Notes under the pieces: model-generated
What the model saw: only the letters and a program-made list of their open reading frames with translations
What the model was told of the DNA's origin: nothing
The model's database searches: none
Shown: positions 1 to 9,477 of the stretch, one piece after another
Layout of the letters: each line of letters opens with the position of its first letter
Numbering within the stretch: the first letter of the stretch is position 1
Origin: a virus
Virus record (IMG/VR): IMGVR_UViG_3300043468_001540
Location: 1 to 64,000 of that record
DNA length: 64,000 bases
Strand: one strand, 5' to 3'
Program-made: the position numbers and the translations under genes

Positions 1-257
1 ATAATGTCGTTAAGAACACTAGAACCATACATATGCATACCATATCTTTCTTTAAAGCATTTGTAAATTGAACCAGAAAATCCTTCAAACAAGTAAGACT
101 CTTCAGATTCTGACAACGTTTTGATTCCACTATTGAGCTTCCAAGAATCAGAACCAGTATAACCACCATACCAGCATCCAAATACTTTGTAGGTCAAAGG
201 AACATTTTTTCCTTCAATTTTTACAACTACCCATTTGTCTGGAATGTAATCACTCAT
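1..257 (-). CDS. Phage hypothetical protein, runs off the window start
   Basis: Not in the ORF track. Read manually from ATG 257 (ATGA overlap with the stop of 254..457): MSDYIPDKWVVVKIEGKNVPLTYKVFGCWYGGYTGSDSWKLNSG..., open to position 1. Confidence 0.8.
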   Translation of the reverse strand, partial: MSDYIPDKWVVVKIEGKNVPLTYKVFGCWYGGYTGSDSWKLNSGIKTLSESEESYLFEGFSGSIYKCFKERYGMHMYGSSVLNDI

Positions 258-457
258 TTGACATAATCTTTTTGATAGTTTAAAAGACCTTTGATTTGAT
301 CAGAGGAATAATCCTTAGAGATCGCTTCTTTTATAATTTCATTTGTTTGCTTATTTAACAAAAATTTTGTATGAGCTTCGTAAGACATACACGAAAATAT
401 CACAATCATTAAAGCTGTAAAACAAACGCATATTAATTTTTCGATAGTTAAATTCAT
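254..457 (-). CDS. Small membrane protein
   Basis: 67 aa, N-terminal hydrophobic helix, ATGA overlaps with both neighbours. Confidence 0.7.
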   Translation of the reverse strand: MNLTIEKLICVCFTALMIVIFSCMSYEAHTKFLLNKQTNEIIKEAISKDYSSDQIKGLLNYQKDYVK

Positions 458-675
458 ATTTTATCAAACCAGCCAAGTTCATACTCCAATTCACCAGTCT
501 CTTCTAGTTTGACTCCAGTTGAAGAAGATGCAACTGAAATTTCTTTTACTGTATAAACTTTCTCTACTTCTAGTTTATTTGCATTCTCTATCCTATTTTT
601 AAAATAATGCCACGTTCCAGCTTTTTTGAAAATTATTTTATCTCCACGTTTTGTATTTTTGTAATCTGCTCTCAT
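454..675 (-). CDS. Hypothetical protein
   Basis: 73 aa, tightly packed in the operon. Confidence 0.7.
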   Translation of the reverse strand: MRADYKNTKRGDKIIFKKAGTWHYFKNRIENANKLEVEKVYTVKEISVASSSTGVKLEETGELEYELGWFDKI

Positions 676-699
676 AAATTTATTTAATATATAAAATTT

Positions 700-1278
700 T
701 TAGGAAGAGAATTGTAAATAACTCCCTAATATATATTTATCGTTATTTTTTGGCATAAGACCTGCGTGTGGATAAGTCCAAGTTGGAGGGAACATAATCA
801 TTCTACCAATTTTTCTTTCACAAATGAAATTTTGGTCAAATAGCGCTGTTCCGCCCCCCTCCCCTTCATCTAAATATAAGAAAAACACAAGAAATCTCGG
901 TGAAGAAGCTAAACATATAGAGTCCACATGAGGCTTAAATTCTCCGTTTCCAGCAAGATATTGCTTCATTCTTATTTGTTCAAATCCATACTGTCTAGGG
1001 AATTGGTAGTTATGTATATTACAATCGAATTTATATTTTTCGATAGTTCCTGAAAATACATTGAATAAAAAATCTATTTCTTTGTCAAAGAAATTTTCAT
1101 GTTGTGACAGATTTATTTCATTAAATACATATAAGTGTTCTTTTCTTTTAATTTGTAAAGACTCGTGAGACTTAAATTTTGAAATCATGTGATCACAAAA
1201 ATTTTTAGAAACTACATTATCATATACTTTTATATATTTTGATATATTTTGATCGTTCATATGCATTAAATATTCCAA
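700..1278 (-). CDS. 2OG-Fe(II) oxygenase (prolyl-4-hydroxylase-like)
   Basis: HxD (PHVD), FFLYL..GGGT strand, distal His (YPHAG), KYI. Confidence 0.85.
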   Translation of the reverse strand: MEYLMHMNDQNISKYIKVYDNVVSKNFCDHMISKFKSHESLQIKRKEHLYVFNEINLSQHENFFDKEIDFLFNVFSGTIEKYKFDCNIHNYQFPRQYGFEQIRMKQYLAGNGEFKPHVDSICLASSPRFLVFFLYLDEGEGGGTALFDQNFICERKIGRMIMFPPTWTYPHAGLMPKNNDKYILGSYLQFSS

Positions 1279-1568
1279 GTCGTAGTGCTAACAGTATCCC
1301 CACATTGTTCACAAATTGTAGGATCATATTCATAATCATCATATTGAAAAAGACGAATAACTTCTTCTAAAAGAATTGTTTGTTCCCCAATTCCTTCTTT
1401 AATTTTCTCAAAGAGATAATTCAACATTTCATTATATTCTTGTTCGGACAGTTCTGAAAATGACTTATTATTAACGGTAAAATCAAAAGCAGTACAACCA
1501 GTAGTTTCTACGAATTTATATCTAGTTTTTTCCATGCGTTTCTCTAATTTCTTTTTCAACCATTTCAT
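1266..1568 (-). CDS. Hypothetical protein with C-terminal CxxC (true start probably 1535)
   Basis: ICEQCGD motif; the 5' part overlaps the small ORF 1522..1686. Confidence 0.7.
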   Translation of the reverse strand: MKWLKKKLEKRMEKTRYKFVETTGCTAFDFTVNNKSFSELSEQEYNEMLNYLFEKIKEGIGEQTILLEEVIRLFQYDDYEYDPTICEQCGDTVSTTTWNI

Positions 1569-1686
1569 TTAGTCTCTCCATCTTCAATGGCGACTGTTTT
1601 TCTATATAATGTCTAAAAACGGACATTGTTGCAAAAAGTATAACAATACCTAAAAGCACTAAAACACGTTTTATTAACCCTGGCAT
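1522..1686 (-). CDS. Small membrane protein, 54 aa
   Basis: Manual translation MPGLIKRVLVLLGIVILFATMSVFRHYIEKQSPLKMERLNEMVEKEIRETHGKN; fills an otherwise empty gap. Confidence 0.65.
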   Translation of the reverse strand: MPGLIKRVLVLLGIVILFATMSVFRHYIEKQSPLKMERLNEMVEKEIRETHGKN

Positions 1687-1711
1687 TTTTTTTGATTTAA
1701 AATTTAAATAC

Positions 1712-2305
1712 TCACAATTCTTGCCACTTGATTCCTTCTACGCCTTCATTCACATCATATCCTTTTTCGATAGCAATTTCATCACACATTGTTCTATGCC
1801 AGCCTTTTGTATAAAGCTTGCCGTCTTTACCGGTTTCTTCACAAGTAATTGAAGATTGATACTCTGTGTAATTAATAGCAAAGTCTACTTTTTTATAGAA
1901 GTTTTTTAGTTTTTTATCATAATCTTCTAGATCTAGATTCTCTTTGGTCTCGTCCGGTACGCTATCTATATCATCAAAGTTAGCATGATAATAAACAGTA
2001 AGCGTTCCATATTTTTCTTTTACTTGACTAATAGTGATTTGAGGGGGCTTAATATGATAAGAATAATACTTTTCATAATAATCTTTATCGTTTTTATACC
2101 GATCTCTATAATCTTTCTTATAGTTGATGACTAAATCTGTAGTCATAAGAGAATTCAAATAACTAAAAAGATGATCTAGTATTTTGTACCAACCATCGGC
2201 GTGGTCAAAACCCCATGCCATGCATGTCTGCCTACAATCCCCCCCATGTTCTTTTAAGAGTTCTGGATATTTTTGTACAAGTTTTTGTTCAAGTTCTTTA
2301 TTCAT
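1712..2305 (-). CDS. Conserved phage hypothetical protein
   Basis: GW..IL, QVKEKYGTL and SSITCEETG motifs typical of a widespread phage family. Confidence 0.75.
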   Translation of the reverse strand: MNKELEQKLVQKYPELLKEHGGDCRQTCMAWGFDHADGWYKILDHLFSYLNSLMTTDLVINYKKDYRDRYKNDKDYYEKYYSYHIKPPQITISQVKEKYGTLTVYYHANFDDIDSVPDETKENLDLEDYDKKLKNFYKKVDFAINYTEYQSSITCEETGKDGKLYTKGWHRTMCDEIAIEKGYDVNEGVEGIKWQEL

Positions 2306-2306
2306 A

Positions 2307-2906
2307 TCAAAGCATATATTTAAATATAAATGTTCTTATTCCGTCAATGAGGGAAGAAAGTTTAAACAGGCATTTGTTTAAAGTTCTCCATACCCATGAC
2401 CATCCTAGATAAGACATGTATCTTTTAAATACATTCCAGGGCTCTTTATTTCTTCTTTTGATCTCTTCAAAAAATTCTTTGTTTCTTTTCTTGCTTTCAG
2501 AGTCTATATTAAATTCCACAAGTTCAATTTTATCTAATTTGCCATAAACAAAATAAGCTTGGAAATCGACCCAAAAATTACTATCCTCATTTAAAGAATC
2601 AAATGTATAAAATTTTATAGTACCATGATAGTTTGTATTTCTATAGATTTTTTCTTTTTCTATTACTTCCTTCCAAATATGCCAAGGTTTTGGTTTTAAC
2701 TCTTTTTTTTCCTTTTCTGTATAAGGAACGTATTCCCTTTCGGTAATAACTTCTACAAGCTCGCTATATTCATTGATAATATACTCGCTCAAACAGTTAT
2801 CTAAATCTTTAGTTTGAAAAGTATAGTTTTTCCAATCTTTTAAAGATTTAATTTCATCTGGAAGCGGTAGATCCTGCTTCACGTAAATTTCGTCGTACAT
2901 GCCCAT
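2307..2906 (-). CDS. Phage hypothetical protein
   Basis: MGMYD start and FQTKDL motif; has its own TTGACA promoter. Confidence 0.75.
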   Translation of the reverse strand: MGMYDEIYVKQDLPLPDEIKSLKDWKNYTFQTKDLDNCLSEYIINEYSELVEVITEREYVPYTEKEKKELKPKPWHIWKEVIEKEKIYRNTNYHGTIKFYTFDSLNEDSNFWVDFQAYFVYGKLDKIELVEFNIDSESKKRNKEFFEEIKRRNKEPWNVFKRYMSYLGWSWVWRTLNKCLFKLSSLIDGIRTFIFKYML

Positions 2907-2912
2907 TTTTTG

Positions 2913-2941
2913 TTTATATAATTTTTTTTAATTAATGTCAA
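2913..2941 (-). promoter_or_regulatory. Sigma70-like promoter
   Basis: TTGACA-N17-TATAAA, 6 nt upstream of ATG 2906. Confidence 0.65.
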
Positions 2942-3309
2942 TCGTTTTCTTCTATGTCCGGAGAAATACCGAGTAATTCTCTTAAAAACCAAAGAGAATT
3001 TGATGTATAGTCACAACTAGTCCAGTCTCTAAATTGCATTGAGTCTTCAAAATACTTCTCTTGTTGTTTTATTTTTTTTATTAAATCTTTTTTAAAATCC
3101 TCGGATATATTTTTCTTTATTAATTCTAAAATAGGCTTTATATCATCGTCATCTAGATGAAGATTCAAAATAGCCCCGTCTTTTTTAGATCCATAATTAA
3201 ATTCTATTTTAATTTCTACTGGAGGATTGCAATCTCCTAGATTTTTACCAGAAAAATCAGAATAAAATACCGCCTCTTCTCTTTCCGCTGGTTTAGTTAT
3301 TTTTTTCAT
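2938..3309 (-). CDS. Hypothetical protein
   Basis: 123 aa, packed in the operon. Confidence 0.7.
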   Translation of the reverse strand: MKKITKPAEREEAVFYSDFSGKNLGDCNPPVEIKIEFNYGSKKDGAILNLHLDDDDIKPILELIKKNISEDFKKDLIKKIKQQEKYFEDSMQFRDWTSCDYTSNSLWFLRELLGISPDIEEND

Positions 3310-3932
3310 ATCTTATAAGGTTCCTCAACAATTACATAATACGTGCCAGAAACTTCTTCTATTCTTGTTTTACTTCCTTTCGGTAATGGATTCTTTTTAA
3401 AAGAAGCCTCTACTATGCCCCATAATTTTTCATAATCTTTATTTTCCATAGCTTTACGAATGGACTTCTGTTTACTTTGAGGGATTCTGAATTCTTTTTG
3501 TGGCTTCCAGTATTCATTAATTGCGTCTAAAACTTTAGGAGCAGGTATACCAGATATTTCTAAAGGGCCGTCCCCAGAAACATCGACAATATTTCTCATT
3601 CCATCATTTTGTTGATAATGTTGATATTGTTCAATTACTTTTTTAATCTCCCATGCCACCGTGCCATCCTTCATATTAAGACAACCAACACCATAATACG
3701 AATTTCGATTATTTATTATTTCCGGGTCTTTACGAAATACGAGAGTTCTTACTAAGCTTTCTATAACTTCTCCGTCATTATAAGTCAAATCTTTATCCCA
3801 AAAAGCTGCGTCTATTGCGAATTTAATTTGACCAGAACGAAGACGACTATAAACTTCTAGCGCGGTAGTTAGAGTTCTTAAATGCTGTTCGTCAAACTCG
3901 ATTGATATTTTCTCTGATTTTATTTTTTTCAT
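3306..3932 (-). CDS. Hypothetical protein (start revised from 4037 to 3932)
   Basis: ATG 3932 makes an ATGA overlap with the stop of 3929..4312. Confidence 0.7.
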   Translation of the reverse strand: MKKIKSEKISIEFDEQHLRTLTTALEVYSRLRSGQIKFAIDAAFWDKDLTYNDGEVIESLVRTLVFRKDPEIINNRNSYYGVGCLNMKDGTVAWEIKKVIEQYQHYQQNDGMRNIVDVSGDGPLEISGIPAPKVLDAINEYWKPQKEFRIPQSKQKSIRKAMENKDYEKLWGIVEASFKKNPLPKGSKTRIEEVSGTYYVIVEEPYKI

Positions 3933-4312
3933 TTTTGAAATTCGGCATAAATAATTTCGTTGTCCCATCTTCCGCGAATTTTTTCCGCTTGAGTTGCAAT
4001 CATTAGAGCATCTTCTTTCCAAGCTCTTGTTCTCCATGACCCCTCATAATCATAAGTCCACATCTGATTTTTACCAGGTGGATACATGTATGCCACAATA
4101 CTATGACCTTTTAGTTTTTTTGTTTTGTAATCAATATAACGATAAGATACTACTTCTGCCCATAAATCATATTTTTTAAGCCCTTCTCTAAAAGAGATCG
4201 CTGTTGGTAAACATGCGTTCTGTTCTCTTTCCATCCATTTTTCAGAGTTTTCTGGTAATGTTTCACATCCGGCAACAAAAAAACCTAATACAATAAATAA
4301 AATATATTTCAT
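3929..4312 (-). CDS. Lipoprotein, possible transglutaminase/papain-like Cys protease fold
   Basis: Signal peptide with lipobox VAGC; spaced C (NACLPTA), H (GHSIVAY) and D (WTYD). Confidence 0.55.
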   Translation of the reverse strand: MKYILFIVLGFFVAGCETLPENSEKWMEREQNACLPTAISFREGLKKYDLWAEVVSYRYIDYKTKKLKGHSIVAYMYPPGKNQMWTYDYEGSWRTRAWKEDALMIATQAEKIRGRWDNEIIYAEFQK

Positions 4313-4314
4313 AA

Positions 4315-4638
4315 TTAAAACGGCGTTCCGATTACTTCTAATCCTAGAAGATGTTCTACTTTATCAAGAATACTAAGAGAAGCGCCTCCAATTTGCCATT
4401 GATATAAATCGCGCGGAATTTCTTTTGTTTTCCAGTCGTAAATAGTAGCAAAATCACCGTCCTGAAAAGAAATTTCCCAAGTGCATTTAACTTTTTTGTC
4501 TCCGCTTGGATTTAAGTTAGGTTCTCCTAATTTATTAATTAAATAGTCGTATGTTGTTAAAACATAACCTTTTAAAGAAATTTGTTTTCTATTTGGGTAT
4601 TTTACGCCTTGTACTTTTTTTCGATTAATTTTTGCCAT
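4315..4638 (-). CDS. Conserved phage hypothetical protein
   Basis: SLKGY..LGEP..DKKV..W..ATIYDWK..WQIGG pattern. Confidence 0.7.
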   Translation of the reverse strand: MAKINRKKVQGVKYPNRKQISLKGYVLTTYDYLINKLGEPNLNPSGDKKVKCTWEISFQDGDFATIYDWKTKEIPRDLYQWQIGGASLSILDKVEHLLGLEVIGTPF

Positions 4639-5687
4639 TGTATTTTTGTTATTGGTTTATTGTCAAGAATTGTAAAAGCGTACGGAGCATCTTCCAGATA
4701 ATTTCTTTTTATCATTATCGCTTGCTCTTTTCTAGTTTCAACCTTTCTTATATCATGAATCATTTCTAATATATTGTCAATATATTTTTTTGCCTTTCCA
4801 CCAGCTTCGCAAATTTTTTCTATCTCGTTCTTTAATTGAAATGCTATTTCATAATCGAATTCCGATTCAATAATTTTATAGAAATCTTCTTCTACTGGCA
4901 TTTCTCGATCAATATAGAATTCAATAAGATTATCGGTAGAATTTAATTGTGATTTTACCCTATGACAAAATAAATACCAATCCGATTTTAATTTTATTCT
5001 ATTTTTGCCATTATTATAGGAAACTACTACCCCCTCTTTGCCTTTCCAGTTTTTAATTGTTTCTGCAATTTTAGAAATGTCTTTTGTATTTAGAAAATTA
5101 TAAGATTGTGGTACTGGAATTGGCCCTATTTTTCTCCATATATCTGTAAGATTTTCAGAAGAAACGATGCCCATTTCATTTTTATTAATAGCTCCTATAA
5201 GATAAAATTCTACCTCTTTTGGTCTAATAACTATTACATTTCTTGGGGTTACTATTTCAAATAACAAGCTAATGTGATGGTTTTCTTTTAAGAATTCTAC
5301 CACTTTCGGATACTTTTCGGGTAGCAATTCAAAATCTTTTGCATTTTCTTGAGTTATGTAAGAAACTGTACCCCTAGTTCTCATGGAAAATTGACCGTTT
5401 ACATAATCAGCTATAAGAAGAGAGCCGTCTAATTTATCTTCGCACTTCCAGTCATTAAATTTTTCTGGGCTAGGATAACAATCTAGTTTTTCCCCAAAAT
5501 TAAAAAATTTCGGCCATCCGGATGATAAAACATCACCCTCTTTGTCTAAAATCAAAGAACGATATAATAGATTGGCGTCATTCCATTTAGCGTCAATTTG
5601 TGGAGTTATCAAATAACAATCCAAATCGCAAAATTTACTTGGAGTTATATTAAAATAACCATCTTCTATCGGTAGTCTTATTTGCAT
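4602..5687 (-). CDS. T4 Rnl1-like RNA ligase
   Basis: PKFFN, motif I EDKLDGSL, FEIVTP.N.IV, EGVVV, KLKSDWY. Confidence 0.85.
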   Translation of the reverse strand: MQIRLPIEDGYFNITPSKFCDLDCYLITPQIDAKWNDANLLYRSLILDKEGDVLSSGWPKFFNFGEKLDCYPSPEKFNDWKCEDKLDGSLLIADYVNGQFSMRTRGTVSYITQENAKDFELLPEKYPKVVEFLKENHHISLLFEIVTPRNVIVIRPKEVEFYLIGAINKNEMGIVSSENLTDIWRKIGPIPVPQSYNFLNTKDISKIAETIKNWKGKEGVVVSYNNGKNRIKLKSDWYLFCHRVKSQLNSTDNLIEFYIDREMPVEEDFYKIIESEFDYEIAFQLKNEIEKICEAGGKAKKYIDNILEMIHDIRKVETRKEQAIMIKRNYLEDAPYAFTILDNKPITKIQWQKLIEKKYKA

Positions 5688-6265
5688 TTTTTACTCAAGA
5701 ATATATCCCATTCCTTTATACCGTATTCATTCTTTATATAAAAAGATACCGGCATAATTCTTGGTTCGTTTGGTTGTTTTAAAAGTTTCAACCCAACTTC
5801 TTCTGGTTTATTATTTGCTTTTTTAGCATTTATATCTTTATGGGCTAAAACGCAATTTTCCCAAGTAGTTTTTCCACCTTTTGACCTAGGAATAACATGA
5901 TCTATATTTCCATCAAATTTATTAATTTTTTTACCTGTATATTGGCACGTGTAATTATCTCGCTCCCAAAGATTTTTTTGGGTAAATTTAATTGATTGCC
6001 TTGGAATTTTATCAAAATGATTTAATACTATTATTTTAGGAATTTTAATTCCGCCTTTTACAGTATTTACAAATAAATCTCCATCAATATTTAAAGTAAC
6101 CCATTGATCCCAACCGATTAATTCCATTTCTCCATCTTGATTAAAATTTAGAGATTTGGCGTTATCGTTGTACAATAAAGCAAATGAATGTTTCGGGGTC
6201 GTTGTATTGATTGGTATCCAATTTTTATTTAAAATTAATACTGATCTACTATTCAGACTTCTCAT
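5678..6265 (-). CDS. HNH endonuclease (McrA-like)
   Basis: RDNYTCQYTG, NIDHVIPRSKGG..WENCVLA...N. Confidence 0.9.
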   Translation of the reverse strand: MRSLNSRSVLILNKNWIPINTTTPKHSFALLYNDNAKSLNFNQDGEMELIGWDQWVTLNIDGDLFVNTVKGGIKIPKIIVLNHFDKIPRQSIKFTQKNLWERDNYTCQYTGKKINKFDGNIDHVIPRSKGGKTTWENCVLAHKDINAKKANNKPEEVGLKLLKQPNEPRIMPVSFYIKNEYGIKEWDIFLSKKCK

Positions 6266-6271
6266 TTTGTT

Positions 6272-6979
6272 TTAAAACTTGTACTCCCAAAGCTCATTAA
6301 TGTTAAGAAGCTTGTGTATGCACCCATTAATTCTCTCTGTAACTGAGTCATGAAAATGACCATAAAGATGTAACCTTGGCTTACATAATTTAAATATTTC
6401 ATCAATGATTGCTCTTTCGTCTGTTAAATCTTCTATTAAATACGCGTCTTCTCTAGCCCAACCGTACACCATTTCGTTAAATTTTTGCGGAAAGCACCAA
6501 GATGGCGCAGTGTGCGTTACTAAAACATCAACATTTTTACATGCTTCTTTTTTAAAAACGACTCCTTCATTTACCCAATATGAAACATTTTCTCTTCTTC
6601 CGGTTCTATCAATAGATATAGCGCCACCAATGAATTGAATTGTTTTTTGATTATATTCTAATATTGTATAATCTTCTATTAGCTCGAAATTTTCATATAC
6701 AATCCTATCCTTTCCTTTAAAAAAGGAAGGATCATCGTGATTACCCCTGATTCCTAGAAAATGAATGTTTCTTTCTTTAAAGAAATTGCTCAAATTTTCA
6801 GCAGACTTATATTCATAATCTTTTTTAAATTTGAACCCAATTCCTAAATCTCCTACAGAGATAATTGTACAGTTTTTTAAATTTTTTTCTCTAATTATAT
6901 CAGAAAGTATGCCCCAGCTTCCATGATGATCGCCTAAAAAAATTAATGGTTTACCCCCATCCAGTATAGTCTTGTTCAT
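6272..6979 (-). CDS. Calcineurin-like metallophosphoesterase
   Basis: GDHHG, VGDLG, RGNHD, THTAP and GHFH motifs. Confidence 0.9.
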   Translation of the reverse strand: MNKTILDGGKPLIFLGDHHGSWGILSDIIREKNLKNCTIISVGDLGIGFKFKKDYEYKSAENLSNFFKERNIHFLGIRGNHDDPSFFKGKDRIVYENFELIEDYTILEYNQKTIQFIGGAISIDRTGRRENVSYWVNEGVVFKKEACKNVDVLVTHTAPSWCFPQKFNEMVYGWAREDAYLIEDLTDERAIIDEIFKLCKPRLHLYGHFHDSVTERINGCIHKLLNINELWEYKF

Positions 6980-7298
6980 TTTGTAAATAATTTTTATATT
7001 CCTCTATTTCGTAAGTCAAAGTATTTTTTAAAAATTCTAGGGCTAATTCATAATTTTCACATTCCTCTTCAATTCTGTCTATAAGATATCCGTAATGCTG
7101 CACGACATATTTTGGCTTTTCTCCGTACGACCATTTAGTTTCAATATACCAATGACAATCACGATCCTTATGATGATTTGGACCTATTAATTTATACCAA
7201 TATTCAGTTAATTTTGTAATTTCTTCTATCATATAATCAGCTGGTTCTAGGTAATAAAATTGCAATTTCCTTTCCATCCGCGTATATACATTCTTCAA
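6951..7298 (-). CDS. Hypothetical protein (start probably further downstream)
   Basis: HHKDRDCHW motif; 5' end overlaps the upstream gene. Confidence 0.65.
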   Translation of the reverse strand: MKNVYTRMERKLQFYYLEPADYMIEEITKLTEYWYKLIGPNHHKDRDCHWYIETKWSYGEKPKYVVQHYGYLIDRIEEECENYELALEFLKNTLTYEIEEYKNYLQNEQDYTGWG

Positions 7299-7479
7299 AA
7301 TCTCCTAACCACCAAAGTTTGCTTGGATCTTTTAACTTGTCTGGATTGGGCGAGATACAAACTCGTTTCAATTCTTTTAACTCGTCAAAACCACCCTCAT
7401 AGCCATTTAAAACAATTCTTTTCTCGCCATCTTCTTTTTCTAACAATAAAATTAGATCTTTTACTTTCATTCGCCGCAA
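7237..7479 (-). CDS. Hypothetical protein
   Basis: MKVKDLI..L...D....V..GYEGG, common small phage family. Confidence 0.7.
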   Translation of the reverse strand: MRRMKVKDLILLLEKEDGEKRIVLNGYEGGFDELKELKRVCISPNPDKLKDPSKLWWLGDFEECIYADGKEIAILLPRTS

Positions 7480-7724
7480 AGTAAATCTGTATAATCTACA
7501 CCGTGCTCTAATAGGTAGTGATCAAAACCATCATACTCTCCAGAACTATTGAAAACATAGTCAAAAAGCCAATCGCTTCCCTTGTCATTAAGATTTAAAT
7601 CAAGTACTAATTGATTAAAATAATAATCTTGAACATTAGAAAGCTCATTAATGAACTTTTTGACATTGTAGATTTTATCTTCTGGATGATTATTTTTGTC
7701 TGTATAAAATTTTTCGGTAATCAT
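7467..7724 (-). CDS. Hypothetical protein
   Basis: 85 aa, ATGA overlap with thyX. Confidence 0.65.
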   Translation of the reverse strand: MITEKFYTDKNNHPEDKIYNVKKFINELSNVQDYYFNQLVLDLNLNDKGSDWLFDYVFNSSGEYDGFDHYLLEHGVDYTDLLCGE

Positions 7725-8353
7725 ATTGTTTTATTTTTCTTCCAGGATTCTATAGTATATTGAAAGGGATTTCCAGTAATATTTTCAACTAAAACTAACA
7801 TTTGATTGGCTATATCTCTAATTTCTGTTTGAGCGTGATCACTATTTCTTAGTTTCTGAAAATTTGCAAAACTTCTCATATTAAACATAATATCTGACTG
7901 AATTTGACTATTATATGTTTTAAAATATCGAGCAGACTCTTTGGCTCTTTTTCTTCCTAAAATTGGTTCTAACTCTTTAATAGATTGATGATATAAACCA
8001 TTACCTAATTCGGTATAATCTTTTAGAATGTGAGACCATTTTTGGTTCCAGTCGTTTGGAATATAAAATTTATCTTCTTTTAATTCTTTATATCTTGCAG
8101 ATTCTGCATTTATACTAGCAATTCTGTGCTTTAAGAGATGTATATGGCTAGCGATGTCACAATTTACAAGAAAATGAACGCTCGCCTTTTCGAACGGGGT
8201 TTCATGTCCATTAGACCAAAGTTGATCTAAAAGATTCGGAACCCTCTCTTTTTTTTCGGTAGTTAATTCTCGATTTGTAGAAGTCCATGCCGAACAAGCA
8301 ATAATTTCATCAGATCCGTAATGTCCTAATAATTCTACAGAATTATTGCTCAT
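7721..8353 (-). CDS. thyX: Flavin-dependent thymidylate synthase
   Basis: GHETPFE, KHRIASINAESARY (variant of RHRxxSxxxxSxR), LRNSDHAQTEIR; likely start MSNNSV at 8353. Confidence 0.92.
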   Translation of the reverse strand: MSNNSVELLGHYGSDEIIACSAWTSTNRELTTEKKERVPNLLDQLWSNGHETPFEKASVHFLVNCDIASHIHLLKHRIASINAESARYKELKEDKFYIPNDWNQKWSHILKDYTELGNGLYHQSIKELEPILGRKRAKESARYFKTYNSQIQSDIMFNMRSFANFQKLRNSDHAQTEIRDIANQMLVLVENITGNPFQYTIESWKKNKTI

Positions 8354-8591
8354 ACCCAATAGAATCTTCGTCATTAAAATTCTTTTTAAACTTTTTAATT
8401 TGTTTCTGTTTATGCTCTTTTATTTTTTGCTTTTGCTCTTCGGAGTGAATTCCAAGAATATCTTCCCTCCATGTTCTATTTGCCTCTTCTTTAGAAAGAG
8501 TCGGTTGTCCTTTTTCCGCCTTTTTTTTCAACGCAACTCTAATTTCTTGCATTATTGGCGACTTTATTGATTTCCATGTTGCTAGGTTCAT
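8343..8591 (-). CDS. Small basic hypothetical protein
   Basis: 82 aa, Lys-rich. Confidence 0.6.
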   Translation of the reverse strand: MNLATWKSIKSPIMQEIRVALKKKAEKGQPTLSKEEANRTWREDILGIHSEEQKQKIKEHKQKQIKKFKKNFNDEDSIGYEQ

Positions 8592-8604
8592 ATGTTTATA
8601 AATT

Positions 8605-9171
8605 TTAAGTCCAAAAATAATCTCTAGATTCTATCATTTTTTGTAACATCTCGGTATCTTTTTTATGAATTAATTTTTCGATACGTATTACTTCTTTATA
8701 TTTAACTTTGTATGGTATTTTATCATTTTTCAAATATATTCTTGTCGTACCATCATCCTGAGGTATACGCTCGAACATTTCTTCTATAGGCCGCGAAGGT
8801 GGATAAGCAAGCTCTAATTTCTTATTTAACAATGGCCTTTCTTCTGTTATGTATTTATAGGCTTTTTTTAACCATTTTTCGAAATTTTCGTGATTTTTAC
8901 TAGACGCTTTCCAGTCTACAAAACCCAATAAATATTCATCCTCATAGAATTCTTTTATCATTGCAAAATTAACATCAACAATTAAACTCACTGTATCAGC
9001 CCAAGTTCTAGGTATTGACTTTCGAAGTTTTTTATGACAAGGTTTAAAAATAGGTTTTATATGATCAAAATAAAAATATTCCACCTTCCGATTGAAGAAG
9101 TCGTATTTATCGTTTATATATTCTATTAATTTTTTTATATTTTTTTTCATAAAATTAAATATTTTTTGCAT
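8605..9171 (-). CDS. Hypothetical protein
   Basis: 188 aa, ends in RDYFWT like many phage proteins. Confidence 0.7.
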   Translation of the reverse strand: MQKIFNFMKKNIKKLIEYINDKYDFFNRKVEYFYFDHIKPIFKPCHKKLRKSIPRTWADTVSLIVDVNFAMIKEFYEDEYLLGFVDWKASSKNHENFEKWLKKAYKYITEERPLLNKKLELAYPPSRPIEEMFERIPQDDGTTRIYLKNDKIPYKVKYKEVIRIEKLIHKKDTEMLQKMIESRDYFWT

Positions 9172-9439
9172 CTTGAGTGTTTACAAATTTTTCTAAAATA
9201 TCATTAATAACATCATTTACCGATATGTCTTTCTCGACAGAGAGAGAAATTAACATTTCTAACGCCCCCCTATCAAAATCATTTAAATCAATATCCAACG
9301 GAACAAATTTTTGTAAAAGAATACCGTCTTCTGTTTCTTTCCAAGAAAATTTATCACCTTCATTAATGTTTAGAGCGGCTAATTCTTCTTTTGAGAATTG
9401 TATATATAAATCTTCAGATCTGAGAATTTTTTTTTGCAT
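9155..9439 (-). CDS. AbrB/MazE-like DNA-binding protein
   Basis: LYIQF..E.LAALNINEGD.FSW..TEDGILL swapped-hairpin pattern; C-terminal RHH-like SVNDVINDIL. Confidence 0.6.
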   Translation of the reverse strand: MQKKILRSEDLYIQFSKEELAALNINEGDKFSWKETEDGILLQKFVPLDIDLNDFDRGALEMLISLSVEKDISVNDVINDILEKFVNTQDAKNI

Positions 9440-9448
9440 ATTTTATCC

Positions 9449-9477
9449 GATATATCGTATTTTTTATTTATAGTCAA
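9449..9477 (-). promoter_or_regulatory. Sigma70-like promoter
   Basis: TTGACT-N17-TATATC, 9 nt upstream of ATG 9439. Confidence 0.55.

Noticed and set aside
5678-6265. HNH gene as an intron-encoded homing element
   Set aside because: Both neighbouring genes are complete and unrelated, and there is no non-coding intron flank
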